A DNA stretch of 64,000 nucleotides from Bacteroidetes bacterium CG12_big_fil_rev_8_21_14_0_65_60_17 (GCA_002787815.1 PCUY01000017.1:3635-67634), one strand, 5' to 3'. Numbered from the stretch's first letter, positions 1 to 10,574 are shown. Notes: generated by a model from the letters alone, not told the origin. Translations and numbers: made by a program.

Positions 1-197
1 TGCATGCGGATGGCATGGCTCTTGATCGTGATGCCGCGCTCGCGCTCCAGATCCATGGAATCAAGAACCTGCTCCTGAAGGTCCCGCTGGCTGACAGTAC
101 CGGTCTTTTCAAGCAGGCGATCGGCGAGTGTACTCTTGCCGTGATCAATGTGGGCAATAATGCAGAAGTTTCTGATTCTGCCAGGATCGTAGGGCAT
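1..197 (-). CDS. lepA: Elongation factor 4 (LepA), N-terminal fragment running off the left edge
   Basis: Not in the ORF track. My reverse-complement translation from ATG at 197 gives [65 protein letters not shown], with the translational GTPase G1 motif AHIDHGKST and the typical LepA N-terminus. Confidence 0.85.
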   Translation of the reverse strand, partial: MPYDPGRIRNFCIIAHIDHGKSTLADRLLEKTGTVSQRDLQEQVLDSMDLERERGITIKSHAIRM

Positions 198-494
198 ACG
201 TGGCCGGATAGGTCGTGGGAACGAGTTGTGGACGCGGTATTATACGTGGGTTCAGATACAGTTCCACCGGACGCGTGCGGCCAGTCGGTGGGTCGCCAAA
301 AAATACATGCCCGCTCAGATAATACTCATGCGGTCCAGGCATGTTTTGAACGTGGCAATCCATATTATTATATTGCGTAGCAACGTATTACGATTCTCCA
401 TACAATCTAATACATGAGCCATGGTCAGTTCAAGTACTGGATTAGGTAGATTTACGACAAGCGGTGTACTAACCAATGACTGAGGATATCGCAC

Positions 495-1055
495 ATGCGA
501 TCTGACGAGGAAGAATCATTCCTGGATTGGAGTCACGGTCTTCGACGTAGTGAGGCGAATGCATTCGAGGCGGTCTTCGATGCCATGTACGACCCGTTGT
601 ACAGATATTCTCTGTACATCACGCGCGACCGGGAGGCGTCGTCCGACATTGTCCAGGACGTATTCGTCAAGCTCTGGCAGGTCCGGGAAACGATAGACCC
701 GGAACGGTCACTGAAGTCACTGCTCTATCAAATGGCCCGCAATTATTCACTTAATCACGAACGACAGAAAAAACGGCATGCCACAGATGCGCTCTCCGAA
801 GAACATCCTGCCGCAAGCCACGATACACTCAACGATGAGAACCTCGATGCGGACGCTTTGCGAAGGCGTCTTGAAGAGTGGATTGAGGACATGCCGGTGC
901 GCAGGCGTGAGGCGTTCATGCTCAGTCGATACGAAGGAATGAGCCATGAAGAGATCGCATCCCTCATGAAACTTGCGCCCAAGACCGTAAACAATCATAT
1001 CGTTCTTGCGCTTCAGCACCTTCGACAGAAGGTGGAAGCATACAACAATGCCTGA
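495..1055 (+). CDS. ECF-type RNA polymerase sigma-70 family factor
   Basis: 186 aa. Region 2 (DIVQDVFVKLW) and region 4 (RREAFMLSRYEGMSHEEIASLMKLAPKTVNNHI) are recognisable. The stop overlaps the start of a FecR-like gene. Confidence 0.85.
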   Translation: MRSDEEESFLDWSHGLRRSEANAFEAVFDAMYDPLYRYSLYITRDREASSDIVQDVFVKLWQVRETIDPERSLKSLLYQMARNYSLNHERQKKRHATDALSEEHPAASHDTLNDENLDADALRRRLEEWIEDMPVRRREAFMLSRYEGMSHEEIASLMKLAPKTVNNHIVLALQHLRQKVEAYNNA

Positions 1056-1986
1056 GAAGACACCTTTCACATATTCCCCCCCCGAAGAGATCGACCTGCT
1101 CTTCCAATCGCATGAGGATGGCGACGCCCTGCGGGATATGTGGGAGCTGTCAGGACATTGGGATCCCGTCGCATCTGATGAACGCAAGTCTGAGGTTCGT
1201 CGCGCCGTGTTCCAGGTCGTGAATCCTCCTGCACGACGTCTGAAAATCGTTCAATTTCATGCATTCCGGTTTTCAGCGGCCGCTGCAGCTCTTGTTGTGG
1301 CCGTAGCCCTTTCATTCCTCCTCGGCCCCCCTACGGAAGTCATTCGGGCAGAACGCGGCGTTGCTGCGACCGTACATACATTGCCGGATGGATCGACCGT
1401 TGCGCTCGCCGCAGGATCCCGGATAGCATACGACGAGCGCTTCGGTGCCGCCGGCACCGGTACGAGAGCGGTCAGACTGCATGGCAGGGCATACTTTGAC
1501 GTTGAAAACACGGGGACGCCCTTCGAGGTCGTAACATTCAACACTACAACGAAGGTTCTCGGTACCACGTTCAGCGTGGAAGCTTGGCCAGGTAACGTGG
1601 AAGCGGGCTCTGAAGTCGTTGTCGCTTCGGGCCGCGTTCTGGTGCAGGCTGAAAACAGTATGAGTGAACTGTCCCCTGGTCAAGCCGTACGGATTCAGCG
1701 CCGTGACGCGACTCCCGTAGCACGCCCCGATGTCAATGTGGAGCGCTCGCTCTCCTGGCGCACAGGCGGCCTGGCCTATGAGAATGAGCCCATCGGCAAT
1801 GTATTGCACGACCTGGAGCGTAGGTACGACATCACACTCCAGGCACCGGCATCCATCAAACTGCGCCGCATCTCCTACTGGAAACAACGTGCATCGGATG
1901 CTTCGGAGGTTATCGGTGACGTGGCAGCAACCGTTGGGGTACGGTACAGGCCCATTAAAGGTGGATTCGAATTGTATCTACCCTGA
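1048..1986 (+). CDS. FecR-family anti-sigma / transmembrane sensor
   Basis: Start chosen at ATG 1048 (MPEKTPF), overlapping the sigma stop. Single TM segment (FSAAAAALVVAVALSFLL) followed by a FecR-like region (TLPDGSTVALAAGSRIAY...FEVVT...VLGTTFSV). Sits between the ECF sigma and the TonB receptor. Confidence 0.8.
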   Translation: MPEKTPFTYSPPEEIDLLFQSHEDGDALRDMWELSGHWDPVASDERKSEVRRAVFQVVNPPARRLKIVQFHAFRFSAAAAALVVAVALSFLLGPPTEVIRAERGVAATVHTLPDGSTVALAAGSRIAYDERFGAAGTGTRAVRLHGRAYFDVENTGTPFEVVTFNTTTKVLGTTFSVEAWPGNVEAGSEVVVASGRVLVQAENSMSELSPGQAVRIQRRDATPVARPDVNVERSLSWRTGGLAYENEPIGNVLHDLERRYDITLQAPASIKLRRISYWKQRASDASEVIGDVAATVGVRYRPIKGGFELYLP

Positions 1987-2047
1987 TCCGTTTCCTTATA
2001 TTGGATAGCGGAGCATCTGGTACCATTCGGCGTTTCGACGCGGCCCC

Positions 2048-4846
2048 ATGCCGCCTTTCAAAAGGGCACTTACAATCGTCCTGCTTTTCCTGGTATCTGC
2101 GGTACTCGTGCCGCGAACCGGGCTTGGACAGGAAGCGACCTGGTCGCTCTCCTTCCAGAACGAGCCCCTGTCTTCCGCGCTTGCGACAGTGGTGGCCGTT
2201 ACCGGTGCCGATCTGGCGTGGGATCCGCTTCTTGTGACCGGCAAACGAAGTTTCTGCCGCGCAGAGGAGTTACCCTTTGACGAATTGCTCTCGTGCGTTC
2301 TGCAAGGGACTGGCCTTGACTTCGTCCGCCGTTCGAATGGCCTCTATGTCCTTGAAATTGCCACGGAAGGCCCTCCCCTGTTCGGAAACCTGCGCGGCAT
2401 CGTGCTCGATGTGGAAACAGAACAACCCATATCCAATGCGCACGTCTATCTGGCCGAGGCGCAACGTGGGAGTGTAGCCAATCAGGAAGGCATGTTCATT
2501 TTCCCGAGACTGCTGCCGGGCACGTACAATGTCCGCGTGAGTCATCTGGGCTACCGCCAGAACACGATCTCGGTGTCGATCCGGGCAGGTAGCGACGCCA
2601 GCTCCGAAGTCCTGCTGCATCCGGAGAGTGTTCTGATAGCGCCCATCGTGATAGACGGGTTGGGTATGACCCCGGCTTCGTCCCTGTTGGGCGCGGCCGT
2701 GGCGTCACAGGAGGATGCTCTGTCTACGGCCAATTCAGGTGCCAGTGGACTGCTTCAGAGCCTTGCCGCCATGCCGGGAGTACGGGTCAGCGACGCCACG
2801 GCCGACATCCATATCCAGGGTGGAGACGCAGGCGAACACGAGTTCAGGTTGGATGGCGCCCCTGTTTTCCTCCCACTTAACGTAGCTACATTTGTAGGGC
2901 CGTTCAGCCCGTTCGCGCTCGGCAGGATCACGGTACACAAAGCCGGGTTCGGAGTGGACCACGGTAGCCAGATTTCAGGTGTTGTCGAGGCGGAGCATGA
3001 TCTCCGCACCCCGGTAGGAGTCAGAGGTGTACGGCGGCAGAACCAGTTGACTGTCCAGATCGATCCACTCTCGACGAACGTCCGCTTCTCAGGCAACCGG
3101 ACAGACAGCAGGGGGCGGCATATCACGACACTTTCGGCCGGCCGTATTGGCATGTGGCGACTGGCATCTCCTCCCTCGCTTGCGGGTCTTCTTGACGACT
3201 GGAACACGGTGGACACGTTCCTGCTCTCCGCATTCGCTTCCACCAACACGCCGTTCGCCAATTTACCACCCGAGGGCGAACCTGCACTTCATTTTGCAGA
3301 CGTCCATCAAGCTGTCCGCGTTCGTTTCGGGGCACTCCGTACATTGAACGCGTCGGCCTACTGGGGGCGGAGCGGGATCGGCAACGAATTGTCGGCCGCG
3401 AATCTCGATCCGGCCAATCGCCTGGCACGATTCCGGGATCTGTATTCCTGGCAGAACGGCATGGCTCAGGCTCGGTACGATGTGGTCCGGAGTGCGCACG
3501 TCTTGACGCATGTGCAAGTTCGCGGCAGCTTTTACCGACTCAATCATGACTTCGAAGCGCCGGACAGTTTTTCGGCAGAGCAGACGGAGGATGATGGCAA
3601 CGACGTTTTCGAAGTGGGCCTGCGGGCCGGCATGGATTATTACATGGACAATGGGCATCACCTCGAAGCCGCCCTTGAAATCATCGGGTCCGGATCTGAT
3701 TTCAATGTTGCCGGAACCCAACAACTTCCCGTCAGCCATTCATCGTCCGGTTTCCGTGTCGCCAGCTTTCTGAAGGATGACATGCAGCTTGGTCGACATG
3801 GATCATTGGAGATCGGAACACGGCTGACATGGCTCAACGCGAGACAAACGTTGTATGGCGAGCCCCGGATTTCCACCCGCTTCGACTTTTCGGATACGGC
3901 CGTTGGAGCGGTATCCTTCTTCGTTGGCGGAGGACTGTACCGGCAGTTCACGAGCCAGTTCGATATCTCGAGCCGAAGTCCGCGCGCGTTTGTGTCCTCT
4001 ACCAGGGTCTGGCTGCAAAACGATGCCACGGTAACGCCGCCCAAAACGGGACACGTGGCTCTGGAGGTCCTTGTTTCCCCAACTCCCCGGTGGTCGCTGT
4101 CGCTTGAATCCTATTACAAACGGAACTATCACGTCCTGACACTCGATTACAGCGCCGATCCGGAGATTGGAAAAGATTTACCGCAGAGCGATTTCCTGCA
4201 GGCCTCACAGGGTTACTCAGCGGGCCTGTCAGCCTCGGTTACCCGTACTGTCGGCATGGGCGGCGTTGGCCTGTCCATTGACTACAGTCGAGCCGAACGG
4301 ACAATAGCCAACCTGTTCGGTGAACGTTCATTGACGGTGCCCTGGAATGAGCCACTTCGGCTGGAGGCGAAGGCCGACCTCGTTCCCTTCAAGGGAGCTG
4401 TCCTGCTTGTCCGCTGGAAAAGCATCTGGGACAGGACATGGGGATTCCGCAAATCCTATTACGATTTCCTCGGTGCACATCTCAACAACGTCGACAATCT
4501 CGTAGCCGATATGCGATCCAATGGCGTTTCGGAAGATGCCATCCGTCGTATCCAGCGGCAAATCGAGTTCTTTGGGCTGACGGATCCCGATGCCCACGTA
4601 CTCCCCGGAATACACCAGCTCGATACAGGATTTTCCTGGACGTTTCCTGTCGGGTCCTATGCCATGCAACTGCGAGCTGACGTAATCAACGTGCTGGGAA
4701 GGAAAAACACGGCCGAGTGGCTTTTTCAACTCGACGAAGAGCAGTTCTTTCTGGGAGACGATTCCGGTCAGACCGGACTTCTTGAACGTAATGAGCGTCC
4801 CCTTCTGCCCAGGGTCGTGTCGATTGCAGCCCGTCTTACGTGGTAG
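2048..4846 (+). CDS. TonB-dependent receptor/transducer with STN signalling domain and CarboxypepD_reg domain
   Basis: 932 aa with a signal peptide. STN-like segment (SLSFQNEPLSSALATVVAVTGADLAWDP...GLYVL), CarboxypepD_reg-like segment (GIVLDVETEQPISNAHVYL...GTYNVRVSHLGYRQ), plug and barrel, terminal aromatic residue (ARLTW). Confidence 0.85.
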   Translation: MPPFKRALTIVLLFLVSAVLVPRTGLGQEATWSLSFQNEPLSSALATVVAVTGADLAWDPLLVTGKRSFCRAEELPFDELLSCVLQGTGLDFVRRSNGLYVLEIATEGPPLFGNLRGIVLDVETEQPISNAHVYLAEAQRGSVANQEGMFIFPRLLPGTYNVRVSHLGYRQNTISVSIRAGSDASSEVLLHPESVLIAPIVIDGLGMTPASSLLGAAVASQEDALSTANSGASGLLQSLAAMPGVRVSDATADIHIQGGDAGEHEFRLDGAPVFLPLNVATFVGPFSPFALGRITVHKAGFGVDHGSQISGVVEAEHDLRTPVGVRGVRRQNQLTVQIDPLSTNVRFSGNRTDSRGRHITTLSAGRIGMWRLASPPSLAGLLDDWNTVDTFLLSAFASTNTPFANLPPEGEPALHFADVHQAVRVRFGALRTLNASAYWGRSGIGNELSAANLDPANRLARFRDLYSWQNGMAQARYDVVRSAHVLTHVQVRGSFYRLNHDFEAPDSFSAEQTEDDGNDVFEVGLRAGMDYYMDNGHHLEAALEIIGSGSDFNVAGTQQLPVSHSSSGFRVASFLKDDMQLGRHGSLEIGTRLTWLNARQTLYGEPRISTRFDFSDTAVGAVSFFVGGGLYRQFTSQFDISSRSPRAFVSSTRVWLQNDATVTPPKTGHVALEVLVSPTPRWSLSLESYYKRNYHVLTLDYSADPEIGKDLPQSDFLQASQGYSAGLSASVTRTVGMGGVGLSIDYSRAERTIANLFGERSLTVPWNEPLRLEAKADLVPFKGAVLLVRWKSIWDRTWGFRKSYYDFLGAHLNNVDNLVADMRSNGVSEDAIRRIQRQIEFFGLTDPDAHVLPGIHQLDTGFSWTFPVGSYAMQLRADVINVLGRKNTAEWLFQLDEEQFFLGDDSGQTGLLERNERPLLPRVVSIAARLTW

Positions 4847-5426
4847 GCGCTATCGTCTGTTCGAGTCGGCGATGGTAGCCGTTCTGGAATACAAGGATAC
4901 CAACAACGCCGGCTACGATGGACATATCGGCGACATTCCAGATGGGAAAAAGCGCCATGTACTCTCCGCCAATCAGGGGAACGGCATCGGGAACCCACCC
5001 CCGCCACACGTCTACATGGATGAAGTCAACGACGTGGCCCAGGAACAGCGGCTCCCCATACAGGATTTTTCCGTAGAACACGCGGTCAATTATATTTCCT
5101 GTCGCACCGCCCAAAACGAAAGCCAGACTGTACCTGTAAGGCGCATGCACATGGCCAATCCGTACGAGATACACGCCGATTACGATCGTCGCAACTACGG
5201 ACAATATGGTTATGGTGGCGGGCGGCCCGAAGGACATGCCGAAGGCCATACCCGGATTCTCGGTGAAAGTCAGCCTCAGCCATGAGCCCAGAACAGGGAT
5301 CGAGTCGCCCAGAGACATGGTTCTGAGGACAATCACTTTCGTCAGCTGGTCAATCACGACGAGGGCTCCGGATGTAGCCAATGCCGAGGGGAGCCAAGTC
5401 CGGTCCCGGGCGGAGATGTCGGTCAC
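4836..5426 (-). CDS. lspA: Lipoprotein signal peptidase II
   Basis: Motifs FTENPGMAFG, GGATGNIIDRV, VVDFIHV and FPIWNVADMSI. The track ORF extends to 5528 and would overlap the dksA-like gene. I prefer the in-frame GTG at 5426, 6 nt below the dksA-like stop. The start is uncertain. Confidence 0.85.
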   Translation of the reverse strand: MTDISARDRTWLPSALATSGALVVIDQLTKVIVLRTMSLGDSIPVLGSWLRLTFTENPGMAFGMSFGPPATITILSVVATIVIGVYLVRIGHVHAPYRYSLAFVLGGATGNIIDRVFYGKILYGEPLFLGHVVDFIHVDVWRGWVPDAVPLIGGEYMALFPIWNVADMSIVAGVVGILVFQNGYHRRLEQTIAPTT

Positions 5427-5431
5427 AGATG

Positions 5432-5854
5432 CTATTTCTGCTGTTGCAGTTTGGCCTCGATGGAGATCTCCGTATGGGGAACCGCCTCCAGTCGTTCCTT
5501 CGAGATGGGCTTGCCGGTCACCTTGCAAATGCCGTACGTACCGTTGTCAATGCGGTTCAGAGCCCGGTCAAGATACCCGATGTACTTTTGCTGCCTCGCA
5601 ATCATGAGGTACAGTTTCTCCCTTTCCATGGCATCGGTTCCAGCGTCTGCCATGTGGAAACTGTAGGCGGTGTCGTTTTCTGACTGTTCACGCGCATCGG
5701 CAAGTTGCCCGCGCATGCGCTCCACGTCTTCCTGCGCGGCTTTTTTCTTCTTCTCTACAAGCTCCTGAAAATAGGCAAGTTCTTTCTTGGAGAATGGGCT
5801 CGATGCTGCTACCGGATTCTTCTTCTGAACGTCTTTCGTTGATTCTTTGGCCAT
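5432..5854 (-). CDS. DksA/TraR-family C4-type zinc-finger protein
   Basis: 140 aa. Coiled-coil N-terminal half and a DksA/TraR-like C-terminus (ALNRIDNGTYGICKVTGKPISKERLEAVPHT). Conserved position between ileS and lspA. Confidence 0.8.
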   Translation of the reverse strand: MAKESTKDVQKKNPVAASSPFSKKELAYFQELVEKKKKAAQEDVERMRGQLADAREQSENDTAYSFHMADAGTDAMEREKLYLMIARQQKYIGYLDRALNRIDNGTYGICKVTGKPISKERLEAVPHTEISIEAKLQQQK

Positions 5855-5866
5855 GATAGTATGGTC

Positions 5867-8800
5867 TTACACCTGTGAACGGGAGATTGCAATCCGGATC
5901 GACTCTGAACCGATCTCAAAATCGGTGACCAGTTCCCCATCGGGATTTTGGATTGGCATCAACTCCAGACCCAACGTCTCGTTCCTGATTGTCGACCCAT
6001 GCACGCGCAATGCTTCGGTCATCCCGGCAGAACCGTCAAACGCAATTTTTATGCGGTCGGTAACATCAAAACCTGCATCCTTGCGCATGTTCTGTATCCG
6101 GTTCACGACCTCTCTTGACAGTCCTTCCAGTAGCAGTTCGTGCGACACGGTCGTATCGAGAGCGACCGTAATGCCATCCTCCGAACCGACCACCCATCCT
6201 TGAATGCCCTCACTCAGGAGTTCAATATCATCCCGCTCCAGACGTACCGGCTCTCCTTCGATATCCAATTCAATGAATCCATCCTCAAGCAACCGATCAA
6301 TCTCCTCGTCGCCAAACTCCTGCACGATGCTTGCAACCGGTTTCATAAGGGCTCCAAGACGCCGACCAAGACGCTTGAACACGGGACGTGCAGACCGTTT
6401 AACCAGGTCGCTGCCTCCATGGAGGAAGGAAATATCCTTGACATTCACTTCCGCTCTGATGATGTCCGCAACCGAGGCCACGACCTCCTCCTCTACGTTG
6501 GCATCGGTGACGACCATGATCACAGGGAGAGGTTGCCTGACATTGATCCCCTCGTGGTTCCTCAGCCCGAGAACGAGCGACGAGATGGTCCTTGCCACGT
6601 GCATTCGGTGCTCGAGCACCTTGTCAGTCAGTTCATGTGTCTCCTCGCGACCTGGAAAGGAAGTCAGGTGCACCGATTCAGCCCCATGCAAGGAGGTGCC
6701 CTCATTGACATGGCGAAAAAGCCAGTCGGCATAGAATGGAGAAATGGGTGCCATGAGCCGGGATATGCCCATGAGCACTTCAGCAACCGTCTGGTAGGCG
6801 GATGTCTTGTGTTCGGCCCGACCACGTTCCGACCAGAACCGTCGTCTGTTCAGGCGAATGTACCAGTTCGACAGCTCGTCGACCAGCCTTTCAACCGCCC
6901 TGGCCGCGCGGGTCGGGTTGTACTCATTCAAGGAGGCTTCCGACTCCAGGCAGGCGGTTGCGTACCTGGAGAGTATCCATCGATCCATCTCCGGGCGATC
7001 CTGCACCGCTATGGGTGTTCCGTATACGAATTCATCGATATTCGCGTACGTGGCGAAGAACGAGTACACGTTCGTGATGGTGGCGAAAAACTTGCGCTGG
7101 GTTTCCTCAATGCCCCGCTCTGCGAATTTCAGGTTTTCCCAGGGTGGCGTATTGCTCATCATGTACCAGCGGACCGGATCAATGCCATGCTTTCCGATGA
7201 CTTCAAACGGATCAACGGCGTTCCCCTTGCTCTTGGACATTTTCTCCCCTTTCTCATCGAGAACGAGCCCATTCACCACCACATTGCGGTAGGCAATGCT
7301 GTCCATGACACAGGCTGCAATGGCATGCAGGGTATAAAACCAACCACGAGTCTGATCCACTCCTTCGGCAATGAAGTCTCCTGGAAACGTGCGCTCAAAC
7401 ACATCCTTGTTTTCGAACGGATAGTGCCACTGCGCAAACGGCATGGCTCCCGAGTCGAACCAGACATCGATCAGGTCGTCGACGCGTCTCATGGTTCCTC
7501 CATCGGGAGCCGGCCAGGTCAGGGAATCGACGAATGGCCGATGGAGATCAATATCCTCATCCCGTTCCGGAAGTTGGGCACCACATTTCTCCCGGAGTTC
7601 TGCTATGGAGCCGATGACTTCGATATGCTCCGATTCCGGAGCGTCCGACTGCCAGATGGGAAGCGGGGTGCCCCAGTAGCGGCGTCGTGACAGTGCCCAG
7701 TCCACATTGTTTTCCAACCAGTCTCCGAACCGGCCCGTACCGACGCCTTTCGGCTGCCAGTTTATTTCCCGGTTGAGCGCCACCAGCCGGTCCTTGATTG
7801 CGGTCGTGCGGACGAACCAGCTGTCAACTGGATATGACATGAGCGGGGTGCCCTTGCGCCAGTCGTGGGGATAATTGTGCAGACACGTTTCGTGCCGGTA
7901 CATCAGTCCTCGTTCCCGGAGATCCCGCGAAAGAATGCGATCGGCTTCCTTGAACCACATGCCTCCTACCAGTGGAACGTCGTCCAGAAACGTACCGTCC
8001 GGCTTGACGGCGTTCAGCATGGGCAAGCCATGCGCCTGGCCCGTAGCATGGTCGTCTGCTCCAAAAGCCGGGGCCGTGTGTACGATACCCGTACCATCCT
8101 CTGTCGACACATACCCGGCCGGTACAATTCTCCAAGCCGACTCCGTCCCTTCTGCCCCTTCGAAATAACGGAACAGCGGTTCGTAGCGTGCTCCCAGGAG
8201 CTCTTTGCCCGTCATTCGCGAGACAATCTCGTACGGTTCCGATATCACATCCAGACGGGCTTCAGCCAGGATCAGATCGTGCGCACCGATGTCGTCCGAC
8301 ACCAGGTGGATGCGAACGTAGTCAATGTTTTCCCCGACGGCGAGGCCGGCATTGGAAACTGTGGTCCACGGCGTCGTCGTCCACGCCAGATAGTAGAGAT
8401 CAGCGTCGTCCGTACTGCGAAAACGCGTATATATGCTCGGATCCTGTACTTCCTTGTATCCCAGGCTGACTTCATGCGAGGACAGAACGGTACCCGACCC
8501 GGGGCTGTACCACTGGATCTTGAAGCCCTTGTAGAGCAGATCCCTGTCGTACATCTGGCGCAGGAGCCACCAGACCGTCTCAATGTATGATGTCTTGAAT
8601 GTGACATACGGATCGTCCAGATCCACCCAGTACCCCATCCTGCGTGTGAGCGTGTCCCACAGGTCTTTATACCGGAGTACACTTTCCCGGCAGGCGGCAT
8701 TGTACTTGTCAATACCGTACGTCTCCACCATGTGGCGGCCTTCCAGGCCCAGTTCCTTCTCCACCTCTATTTCCACTGGCAGGCCGTGTGTATCCCATCC

Positions 8801-9061
8801 CGCTTTACGCTCCACGCGGAATCCCTGCATGGTCTTGAAACGACAGAATACGTCCTTTACCGTCCTGGCCATGACATGGTGGATGCCTGGACGACCATTG
8901 GCCGTAGGTGGCCCTTCGTAGAACGTAAATGTGTTTCCGGATGCGTGCTGGGCAATGCTCTTCTCAAAGATGGACTGCTCCTGCCAGAATGCAAGGATGG
9001 ACTCCTCCATCGCAGGAATATGCATCTGCTTGATCTCAGTAAACTTCATGTTCAACGGCAT
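5867..9061 (-). CDS. ileS: Isoleucine--tRNA ligase (type 2, about 1060 aa)
   Basis: PTANGRPGIHHVMAR (HIGH region), KMSKSKGN (KMSKS), a CP1 editing-domain-sized insertion and a long C-terminal extension. An alternative start at 9049 (MKFTEIK) would remove the 10-nt overlap with the upstream gene. Confidence 0.97.
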   Translation of the reverse strand: MPLNMKFTEIKQMHIPAMEESILAFWQEQSIFEKSIAQHASGNTFTFYEGPPTANGRPGIHHVMARTVKDVFCRFKTMQGFRVERKAGWDTHGLPVEIEVEKELGLEGRHMVETYGIDKYNAACRESVLRYKDLWDTLTRRMGYWVDLDDPYVTFKTSYIETVWWLLRQMYDRDLLYKGFKIQWYSPGSGTVLSSHEVSLGYKEVQDPSIYTRFRSTDDADLYYLAWTTTPWTTVSNAGLAVGENIDYVRIHLVSDDIGAHDLILAEARLDVISEPYEIVSRMTGKELLGARYEPLFRYFEGAEGTESAWRIVPAGYVSTEDGTGIVHTAPAFGADDHATGQAHGLPMLNAVKPDGTFLDDVPLVGGMWFKEADRILSRDLRERGLMYRHETCLHNYPHDWRKGTPLMSYPVDSWFVRTTAIKDRLVALNREINWQPKGVGTGRFGDWLENNVDWALSRRRYWGTPLPIWQSDAPESEHIEVIGSIAELREKCGAQLPERDEDIDLHRPFVDSLTWPAPDGGTMRRVDDLIDVWFDSGAMPFAQWHYPFENKDVFERTFPGDFIAEGVDQTRGWFYTLHAIAACVMDSIAYRNVVVNGLVLDEKGEKMSKSKGNAVDPFEVIGKHGIDPVRWYMMSNTPPWENLKFAERGIEETQRKFFATITNVYSFFATYANIDEFVYGTPIAVQDRPEMDRWILSRYATACLESEASLNEYNPTRAARAVERLVDELSNWYIRLNRRRFWSERGRAEHKTSAYQTVAEVLMGISRLMAPISPFYADWLFRHVNEGTSLHGAESVHLTSFPGREETHELTDKVLEHRMHVARTISSLVLGLRNHEGINVRQPLPVIMVVTDANVEEEVVASVADIIRAEVNVKDISFLHGGSDLVKRSARPVFKRLGRRLGALMKPVASIVQEFGDEEIDRLLEDGFIELDIEGEPVRLERDDIELLSEGIQGWVVGSEDGITVALDTTVSHELLLEGLSREVVNRIQNMRKDAGFDVTDRIKIAFDGSAGMTEALRVHGSTIRNETLGLELMPIQNPDGELVTDFEIGSESIRIAISRSQV

Positions 9062-9900
9062 GGCGTGGTAGATGCCGACAGGCTGGAGACGTAGCTCCGA
9101 ACCACTCGGATGAAGGGCTCCTGGGCACGCGCCGCAATATCCATGATATCAGCGATCGATACGGGCTCGAGCGTATCGGGATGACACGCATCCGTAACCA
9201 GGCAGAGAGATGCGACGGGTACGCCCATGTGCACGCATGCAATAACTTCATGGACAGTACTCATGCCTACAACGTGGGCACCCATTCGAAGCAACATGCG
9301 GTACTCGGCGGCCGTTTCCAACTGCGGACCGCGGACACCGGCATAGACGCCTTCCTTGACTGAAACGCCGCAAGCCGAGGCAGCCTCGCCCAAACCTTTG
9401 TTCATGGACGGATCATAGGCAGCTGACATATCCGGAAAACGAGGACCCCAGCCATCGTGATTCGGCCCCTCAAGAGGGCCCGTTCCGGTAAGATTGATGT
9501 GGTCCGTCACCACTACGAAATCGCCTGTCGACAGGGCATTGTCCATGCCACCGACCGCGCCGGTAAACAGGATGCGTCCCACACCCGCACAACACAACGC
9601 ACGCGCCAAGAAAACCGTCTCATTCGGTGTGGCACCGTCGTAGCCGTGTACACGTCCATCCACGAGCCACACCCGTTCGCCGGCAATTACACTGGCGTGA
9701 ACGTGTCCCCTGTCACCATGGTATCCCGGTCGGGCATGGCCGTCAATCTCCATGACATTGATGCTCGCCTCAATGTCCGAAGCCTGGACTATTCCGTCGA
9801 GGCCGGTCCCCAATACGATGGCAAGCTCAGGTGCAGCGCCCAGTTCACGCTCCAGATGCCTGGCCGCGTTCTCGACCAGACGGACATACTCAGATGTCAT
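9052..9900 (-). CDS. Purine nucleoside phosphorylase (PNP/MTAP family, inosine-guanosine type)
   Basis: 282 aa. GRVHGYDG, FTGAVGG, GPNHDGWGPRFPDMSAAYD, GVRGPQLETAAEYRML and GMSTVHEV are typical of trimeric PNPs. ATGA overlap with the divIVA-like stop. Confidence 0.9.
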   Translation of the reverse strand: MTSEYVRLVENAARHLERELGAAPELAIVLGTGLDGIVQASDIEASINVMEIDGHARPGYHGDRGHVHASVIAGERVWLVDGRVHGYDGATPNETVFLARALCCAGVGRILFTGAVGGMDNALSTGDFVVVTDHINLTGTGPLEGPNHDGWGPRFPDMSAAYDPSMNKGLGEAASACGVSVKEGVYAGVRGPQLETAAEYRMLLRMGAHVVGMSTVHEVIACVHMGVPVASLCLVTDACHPDTLEPVSIADIMDIAARAQEPFIRVVRSYVSSLSASTTPCR

Positions 9901-10574
9901 GAATTCTCCTCTTCCTCGTCGTCCATGGCGTCAAGAATACGCCGGATTTTCGTGATTTCATCGGATGGATCTTCCGCGTACATGTCGTTCACATGCCATG
10001 CAGGCTCCTCGACCGTATTCTCTTCATCGGACTCGTCACTTTGCTCCTCGCGCCCTGTGTCACGCTCTTCTCCCTCATTACGCGTCTCTTCCGGCGAATG
10101 CATGAGCCGCAGCGGCGCGGTGTCGTCGCCGGCATCAAAATGACCCAGGATCTCCAGTTCGGACACGAGGAAGGCTCGCATTTTGGCAACGATTTCCTGT
10201 TGTCGTCCTCGAAAACCAGCCGTTTCTCGCCGTATGCGCCGCCGTTCTTCCTCGGCTTCACTGGTCAGGGACATGGCTTTGGCTTCCGCTTCGTCGAGCA
10301 TGGCCTCGGCGCGGCGTTCGGCCTGTTCGATCGTCTCACGGCTCGTGGTGCGGGCGGTCTTGAGCGCCTCTTCAAGGGCCTCCTCGACCTTCTGGTAGTG
10401 CTCCAACTTGAGCTCCTGTTCGCGAATCCGGTCCGTTGCGCGCCGATGCTCGTCCATGAGTTCCTGCCACTGTTCGGAGAGGAGTGAGAGGAATGCATCC
10501 ACCTCGTCCCTGTCGTACCCGCGGAAGCGGACCGTGAACTCGTGCTTTCTGATATCGAGTGATGAAATCTTCAT
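9897..10574 (-). CDS. DivIVA domain-containing protein with an acidic C-terminal tail
   Basis: N-terminus MKISSLDIRKHEFTVRFRGYDRDEVDAFL is the DivIVA lipid-binding-domain signature. It is followed by coiled coil and a very acidic tail (DESDEEN...DDEEEENS). Confidence 0.85.
   Translation of the reverse strand: MKISSLDIRKHEFTVRFRGYDRDEVDAFLSLLSEQWQELMDEHRRATDRIREQELKLEHYQKVEEALEEALKTARTTSRETIEQAERRAEAMLDEAEAKAMSLTSEAEEERRRIRRETAGFRGRQQEIVAKMRAFLVSELEILGHFDAGDDTAPLRLMHSPEETRNEGEERDTGREEQSDESDEENTVEEPAWHVNDMYAEDPSDEITKIRRILDAMDDEEEENS

Noticed and set aside
15-417. Track ORFs 15..380(+), 145..363(-) and 226..417(+) at the left edge.
   Set aside because: 15..380 is antisense to the clearly recognisable lepA N-terminus. 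The others fall in the lepA/ECF-sigma divergent intergenic region and have no motifs. I also found no convincing ECF-type promoter (GAAC-N16/17-CGT) there.
5427-5528. N-terminal 34 residues of the LspA ORF.
   Set aside because: They would overlap the dksA-like gene by about 100 nt and are Gly/Thr/Arg-rich with no similarity to LspA. GTG 5426 gives a normal-sized LspA right after the upstream stop.
6140-7690. 516-aa ORF on the plus strand, antisense to ileS. Similar long antisense ORFs occur at 19223..20554 (443 aa, opposite serA), 33814..35217 (467 aa, opposite alaS), 48034..49104 (356 aa, opposite the M16 peptidase) and 37746..38699 (317 aa, opposite the M14 peptidase).
   Set aside because: Each lies wholly inside a gene whose product has unmistakable family motifs. 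The antisense translations are Arg/Gly/His/Pro-rich with no recognisable motifs. Stop-poor antisense frames are an expected by-product of GC-biased codon usage. Only ribosome profiling or frame-specific conservation could revive them.
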